A program made the translations under genes and the position numbers. Shown piece after piece: positions 18,993 to 24,000 of a stretch of DNA of 24,000 nucleotides. How positions within the stretch are numbered: the stretch's first letter is position 1; each line of letters starts with the position of its first letter. The DNA is from an uncultured Sphingobacteriales bacterium. GTDB taxonomy: Bacteria; Bacteroidota; Bacteroidia; Chitinophagales; Chitinophagaceae. The DNA lies in assembly GCA_963823365.1 (NCBI GenBank), contig CAWGLH010000007.1, positions 831,680-855,679 on the forward strand. The letters run 5' to 3'. A model generated the notes under the pieces. That model had not been told where the DNA came from, searched no databases, and was given only the letters and a program-made list of their open reading frames with translations.

Positions 18993-19724
18993 TTAATTAA
19001 ACCCATAGCTGATACCCAGTCCGAAATTATTGGCTTTATTCCTGAACCTGTCCACTTCAGTTCCATCCGGAGCCACCTGGATAATGTTGTTAGTCTGGTA
19101 TTCAATAAATACAAACTGGTAAATCGCTTTAATCCCTATTCTCCTGCCAACCTGGTATTTAACGAAAAACTCGGAATTAAGATTACCACGGTCATGGTCA
19201 CCTGTGAGCAAAAGATTCAGCGAAGCCGGAACAGCTTCAGGTTCAGTCAGGGTATTTCCATTACTGGTCAGAATAGCCCCGCTTTTCTGACCGAAAGAAA
19301 TTCCAATCACATCAATGTTTACACCTCCGTACAACCTTGGCGTAATGTGATATCCCATATTAAAACTAAGGTTCAGCATATTGACCAATGGCCGCTGCAC
19401 GGTCAGGGTATCCATATTTTCCGTTTTTTGACCGGCGAACACAATCAGGAATGGGAAAGTAAAACTGCGGGTAAGGCTGGCCGGACCAGCCGTCACAAAA
19501 TCCTTTTTCTCGCCGTAATATAATGTCCATCTGGCGCCCGCTCCTATTTCAAACTTCCTGTTTTTACCTGTTCTCCAGTTGTGCACATAAGATGCAGCAA
19601 AGGTGCCCTGTTCACTTCCAAAGGTTGCAGAAAGGTCGGCAAACCGGTTAACCCGCGGTAATTGTTGAGCGCTAACAGAAAGGGAAAATGATAAAAAGAA
19701 AACGATGGTGCTGAACTTAATCAT
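18993..19724 (-). CDS. Small outer-membrane beta-barrel (porin-like) protein of unknown function
   Basis: Intact ORF. From ATG 19724 it reads MIKFSTIVFFLSFSLSVSAQ (signal peptide). Alternating hydrophobic/polar strands follow, with frequent G/Y/F/N, and the C-terminus is NNFGLGISYGFN. It ends 5 nt before the YceI start. Confidence 0.65.
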   Translation of the reverse strand: MIKFSTIVFFLSFSLSVSAQQLPRVNRFADLSATFGSEQGTFAASYVHNWRTGKNRKFEIGAGARWTLYYGEKKDFVTAGPASLTRSFTFPFLIVFAGQKTENMDTLTVQRPLVNMLNLSFNMGYHITPRLYGGVNIDVIGISFGQKSGAILTSNGNTLTEPEAVPASLNLLLTGDHDRGNLNSEFFVKYQVGRRIGIKAIYQFVFIEYQTNNIIQVAPDGTEVDRFRNKANNFGLGISYGFN

Positions 19725-19781
19725 TGAACTACTAATTATAATGGAGCATGGAGAATTATGAAAATGAATCCCTGTAAGCAA

Positions 19782-20200
19782 TCAGTTAATGGTTGCAGAA
19801 CCAAATAAAACGGTAAATTGTTCACACCAGATAAGTACATGCTTATATTCCGCAAAATCAGGCATTCCCGTGAATTACATAATTCTGGTTTCCGCTTGAC
19901 TGATTTCAATGACCCAAGGCTGATGAATGAGGATGCATTGAGATCTTTCGAAAGGTAAACCCTGAGATCAGGTCCGTTTGTACTGGTAAAATTTTCAAGC
20001 CTTAATTCCTTCCTGCCGTTATCCTCAAATATTTTTGCAGTACCCTGAACATTATGTCCTGGGGTAGACGTAAAAGTACCTTTTACAATTTGCATACCCG
20101 GAGGTAGCATTTCATCAACAGGCTGGTCCGGCGTATTATTTTCCTTTTTGCAGGAAAGAAGAAATACAATGAACGACATCATTAACAGGAATCGAAGCAT
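19782..20200 (-). CDS. DM13-domain lipoprotein. 2 frameshifts near the 3' end as assembled.
   Basis: MLRFLLMMSFIVFLLSC carries a lipobox. The DM13 pattern is GTFTSTPGHNVQGTAKIFEDNGRKELRLENFTSTNGPDLRVYLSKD. The conserved end is recovered after shifts near 19895 and 19850: SGNQNYVIHGNA / PDFAEYKHVLIWCEQFTVLFGSATIN, stop 19782-19784. The track ORF runs on to 19736. Confidence 0.7.
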
Positions 20201-20245
20201 AATCAGTGTTTTGCCTACTAAGCTAGTACAGGCAGAAACTTTAAA

Positions 20246-20263
20246 ATGTCATCTAGCTGACAT
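20246..20263. promoter_or_regulatory. Candidate Crp/Fnr-type operator: perfect palindrome ATGTCA-N6-TGACAT
   Basis: ATGTCA (20246-20251), tctagc, TGACAT (20258-20263). The centre lies about 54 nt upstream of the DM13 ATG (20200) and immediately downstream of, or overlapping, the end of the adjacent Crp/Fnr gene. The geometry matches the 5-N6-5 Crp-family dyad. Confidence 0.4.
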
Positions 20264-20953
20264 CTGCTGCTTTTAGCAGACCATTAACATCAGGAATGAA
20301 GATTTCTTTCCGGTTCATATTCAAACAGAGCCAAGGGACTGCGCTTCATTGATAATGGATGTTACAGTCTGGCGGGATGAACCAATTAATCGCGCAATAT
20401 CATCATGTGTTAGAAAACTTTCCATCCTGAATTCCTTTGTTGATCCGGAAAAGCCCTGCTGAATGGCCAGGTTATAAATGAACCCAAGCAGCCTGCTCCG
20501 CACATCCTTATGCAAAAGATTGACGATCCGGTTTTCCGCACTGCGCAGTTTCTGTCCTATCTTTTTACTATAATGTATTGCAAGGCCTGGTTTTTGTGCA
20601 AGTATTTTTTCAAAGTCGCTGATATTAAAGGCGCAGAGACTCACATCGGTTTTATGTGCCTGGGCAAATTCTCCATGAATGTTCTGGCGGGTTAATGTGA
20701 ATTGACCAAACACTTCCCCTTTTTGAATGATTTCCCTGATGACCTCCTCTCCTTTTTCATTGATAAAACCTATTCGAATGAAACCTTCCTTTATAAAGAA
20801 AAGTTTATCCAGCATAAAGGATTCAAAATATATATAGTCGCCTTTCCTTGCTTCAAGAAAATTGTGAACCACCTTAATGTCTTCATATTCCTCATCAGTG
20901 AGATGTGACCAAAGGTCATAATTCCTGAGCAGGACCATTTTATCCGCATGCAT
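20253..20953 (-). CDS. Crp/Fnr-family transcriptional regulator (cNMP-binding domain plus C-terminal HTH). About 2 frameshifts in the last 100 nt as assembled.
   Basis: cNMP-barrel pattern: YIYFESFMLDKLFFIKEGFIRIGFINEKGEEVIREIIQKGEVFG. HTH: LTHDDIARLIGSSRQTVTSIINE. The track ORF stops at 20321. A family-typical tail (LKRSPLALFEYE / NRKEIFIPDVNGLLKAADVS) is readable after two shifts and ends at TAG 20253-20255. This 3' reconstruction has moderate confidence. Confidence 0.8.
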
Positions 20954-21030
20954 CGTTCGCTGAATTTACAGTTTATAAAATAATTAAAAACTATATCTTC
21001 TGCTTTATATTTGACCTAAATACAGATCGA

Positions 21031-21810
21031 ATGAACGTTCCCGTAATGGCTGAACTTGCTGCCGGTGGCAAATCACCTGACATACTTTTCTGGGTAGGTT
21101 GTGCAGGAAGCTTTGATCAAAGGGCACAAAAAATTACCAGGGCTTTTGCCACCATATTAAACAAGCTGGAGGTGAACTATGCCATACTGGGTAAAGAAGA
21201 AGCCTGTACAGGTGATCCCGTAAGACGTGCGGGGAATGAATTTATGTTTCAGATGATGGCATACCAGAATATCCAGGTCCTGAATAATTATGGTGTAAAA
21301 AAAATTGTGACTACTTGCCCCCATTGTTTTAATGTGTTGAAGAATGAATACCCGGAACTGGGCGGAACTTACACAGTAATGCATCATAGTGCTTACCTGC
21401 AGGAACTCATCAATGAAGGAAGAATAAAAATGAAAGAAGGCGGAACCTTCAAGGGTAAACGCATCAGCTATCATGATTCCTGCTACCTGGGCCGTGCAAA
21501 CAATATTTATGAAGCACCCAGGAAAGTGCTTGAACTGCTTGATGCAGAACTGGTGGAAATGAAAAGGTGCAGGTCAAACGGGTTATGCTGCGGGGCAGGC
21601 GGGGCACAAATGTTTAAGGAAGAAGAAGCAGGAAACACCCGGATCAACCTGGAAAGAACCGAAGAGGCCATTGAAACCGGGGCTTCCATCATTGCTGCTG
21701 CATGCCCCTTCTGCAATACCATGCTCACTGACGGTATCAAGGGAAAGGAGAAAGAAACTGAAATCGGTGTGATGGATATTGCAGAACTTATCGCTGAATC
21801 CATGAAGTAA
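21031..21810 (+). CDS. CCG-domain (cysteine-rich, HdrD/GlpC C-terminal type) Fe-S protein; partner of the 14138-15454 protein
   Basis: Intact 259-aa ORF with two CCG-type repeats: WVGCAGSF..EACTGDP..TTCPHCFNVL and HDSCYLGR..GLCCGAGG..AAACPFCNTML. Confidence 0.85.
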   Translation: MNVPVMAELAAGGKSPDILFWVGCAGSFDQRAQKITRAFATILNKLEVNYAILGKEEACTGDPVRRAGNEFMFQMMAYQNIQVLNNYGVKKIVTTCPHCFNVLKNEYPELGGTYTVMHHSAYLQELINEGRIKMKEGGTFKGKRISYHDSCYLGRANNIYEAPRKVLELLDAELVEMKRCRSNGLCCGAGGAQMFKEEEAGNTRINLERTEEAIETGASIIAAACPFCNTMLTDGIKGKEKETEIGVMDIAELIAESMK

Positions 21811-21840
21811 GATCTGGCCGGTTATTTTTATATTTGCACC

Positions 21841-22356
21841 ATGAACTTAGCATACGATCATTTACTGCCCGATGAATTTCATGAAGGATCCAGGGTATGG
21901 ATATACCAGTCTGACCGGCTTTTCACCCTCAGTGAAGCACTGGATATTGAAGTTATGCTGGAAAATTTTGTGGCAGGATGGCAATCTCATGGCGATCCGG
22001 TGAAAGGATTTGCGACACTTTTTTTCGGGCAGTTCATTGTGCTCATGGCTGATGAAACTGCAACGGGTGTAAGTGGTTGCAGTACGGACAGTTCTGTGAG
22101 GCTGATGAAACAAATAGAAGAAAAATTCAGGGTAAACCTGTTTAACAGGCAACTGCTTGCCTTTGTGATAAAAGATAAGGTCCAGCTCCTGCCGGTATCA
22201 CAGGTTAATTATGCCATAGTCAATGGATTTATTACAGGTGATACCCTTTATTTCAACAATACAGTATTAACGAAAAAAGAACTCCTCGAACACTGGATCA
22301 TACCTATGCAGAAAAGCTGGTTGAAATCGAAATTACCAGGTAAGGTTTCATCCTGA
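21841..22356 (+). CDS. Conserved hypothetical protein. From memory, this family is often labelled ABC-transporter-ATPase-like in Bacteroidota, but it has no Walker motifs.
   Basis: Intact 171-aa ORF with good coding character (RVWIYQSDRLFT..WQSHGDPVKGFATLFFGQFIVLMADETATGVSGCSTDSSV). No P-loop is visible, so the function is unknown. Confidence 0.6.
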   Translation: MNLAYDHLLPDEFHEGSRVWIYQSDRLFTLSEALDIEVMLENFVAGWQSHGDPVKGFATLFFGQFIVLMADETATGVSGCSTDSSVRLMKQIEEKFRVNLFNRQLLAFVIKDKVQLLPVSQVNYAIVNGFITGDTLYFNNTVLTKKELLEHWIIPMQKSWLKSKLPGKVSS

Positions 22357-22361
22357 ATTGA

Positions 22362-24000
22362 TCATACTTTTTTCTGAAACAGGTATGTCAGGGTCAGCCG
22401 GAAATTCCTGGTTTCCGTCAGTCCGGTACTCTTCACCGTAAAGTTGGTTCCCACAGTAAGATTATCATACCGTTGCTGCAAAATGGGATCAATGGCATTA
22501 AGCGTAATCAGTAATTTCTTGCTAAACAGTTTTCTTTGTACCCCTACATTCATAGCCATTGTACTTCTTACTGTTCCCTGTGGATTGGCAAACCGGTTTA
22601 CATGCATGTTGCCGGTAATATTCCAGACCGATGCCGGTGCGTAGCTGATATTGATGTTTGCGTTAAGTGAACCCCCATTGCGGTAATTGTTGACATCAAT
22701 ATCGTAAGCACTGTATTGATTATACACATATCCCACACTAAGTCCTGTCCTGAGTTTTGAACTAAACCTGTAGTTGAGCCAGCTGCTGGCTTCATATTCT
22801 TTACGGGCACTGATATTTTCCCATGTAATGGTTGTCTTTCCATCTTCGACCAGTGTACGGACATTGGTAAAAATATCTTCAACGATATTATATCCAAGCC
22901 CGAAATTTACAGAGAACTGTTTATTGTTTTTCCCAAAGACAAGGTCAACATTATGCGACAGCGATGGCAATAATGTGGGGTTCCCGAAACGGATATTATA
23001 CGGATCTGTATAATCCACGGAAGGATTTAGCTCACGAATACCGGGTCTGCGTATGGCTTTTCGGTATGAGAGGCTCAATGTTTTACCATTCTCAAAATTT
23101 CCGGAAAAAGTTCCGAATGGAAGCCAGTTTATATAATTGTTTGCCGCGGTTTGCTTGATGTTGTATAATTCAAAAAGTATATCCGTTTTCTCCCAGGCTA
23201 TTCCCGCCGAAGCATGGTAACGCTTGCCTAATTTCTGCCTGGCGGAAGCACGAAAATTAAATACCTGCTGTCGAAATAAAAGGTCATTGCTCAGCCTTTC
23301 GCTGTTTATTACTTCCCCTGTTGGCTGCTCATAATATGAATTCAGTACCACATTGCTCCGGTTCTGCAGGTAGGCACTACCAAAGGAAAAAATGGTTCTC
23401 TGTTCATTAAAAGGTTTATCATAGCTGAGCCTTGCATTCCCGCCCCGGTTCCTGGTATCGCCCAGTTGCCACTGAACGGAATCAGGCCCTGTCGGATAAT
23501 TGTATGCATCAAAGAATTGCTGAACATAATACCTGTCATTTGCCTGCCAGGACGTATTATATCCCGTTACGATCCTGAATACCTCTCCCGCTGTTTTTCC
23601 CCTATACGTATACGTTATATTGGCAGATGGATTCAGGTTATTACCCGGTGGAATAAATACTTCTTTCACTCCTCTTGTATAATTCACCATAGGTATTGAT
23701 ATTTTCATAGCCAGTGAGGCCATTATTGTCAAAATCATTTTCATTCACCTGGAGTACCATGTTGATGGTCTGCCGGGTATTGAGGTCATAATCAAGACTG
23801 AACCTGGAATTAGGCCTCCTGGTAATATTTTTATACCGGTTGGTGGTCTGCAATGCATTGGACGAATCAGGATACTGGTTTTGCCTATACCCGGATCCGT
23901 TTCCCTGGTATTCATTATATGTTCCGCCCATGACAAAATTTATCGCCAGGCCTTTCTTGCGATAACTCAGGCTGCCGTTGGCGCCGGCTTCTCCCCTTGA
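22362..24000 (-). CDS. Second outer-membrane beta-barrel family protein (PF14905-type, TonB-dependent-receptor-like). The 5' end lies beyond the window. One frameshift as assembled.
   Basis: Barrel motifs parallel the 6425-9057 gene: YRKAIRRPGIRELNPSVDYTDPYNIRFGNPTLLPSLSHNVDL, with C-terminus RNFRLTLTYLFQKKV. The frame running from 24000 (..GANGSLSYRKKGLAINFVMGGTYNEY..) joins ORF 22362-23744 after a shift near 23650-23700. Confidence 0.8.

Noticed and set aside
15451-20953. Reading the eight-gene block as a mobile genomic island
   Set aside because: There is no integrase, transposase, plasmid or phage gene, and I could find no flanking direct or inverted repeats. The only tRNA is 10 kb away. 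The left border has no spacer (overlapping stops). At most it is an ancient rearrangement, as reported under findings.
1-24000. Programmed ribosomal frameshifting or recoding as an explanation for the frame breaks
   Set aside because: There are about 30 events in 12 unrelated gene families, in both directions. I saw no recurring slippery heptamer or downstream structure, and several events come in close pairs. That is not how programmed shifts behave.

Overview
This 24-kb chromosomal segment has Bacteroidota-like gene content: PF14905-type outer-membrane barrels, S8 and S41 envelope peptidases, DUF2279, DUF445, and Crp/Fnr. I support about 24 protein genes, one tRNA-His(GTG) and four intrinsic-terminator hairpins. 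I saw no rRNA, CRISPR array, transposase, integrase or phage genes.

Two things stand out.

1. About 30 single-base reading-frame breaks hit 12 of the 24 genes, and homology continues colinearly in another frame after each break. I list each such gene as one CDS spanning its fragments and flag it as frameshifted as assembled. Homopolymer sequencing error is the more likely cause, but true pseudogenisation is not excluded.

2. A 5.5-kb block of eight minus-strand genes (15451-20953) lies between the two halves of an HdrD/DsrMK-like Fe-S oxidoreductase pair (14138-15454 and 21031-21810).
   - It holds a very tightly packed operon: DinB-fold protein, NRDE (Cys-Ntn hydrolase fold), membrane-anchored ATP-grasp ligase, LysE/RhtB exporter. 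I consider this the best candidate for an undescribed small-molecule ligation, trimming and export system, possibly thiol-related.
   - Upstream of it is a DM13 lipoprotein, OM barrel and YceI envelope module, with a Crp/Fnr regulator and a perfect ATGTCA-N6-TGACAT palindrome.

All functional calls come from reading motifs in the translations. No database search was possible.
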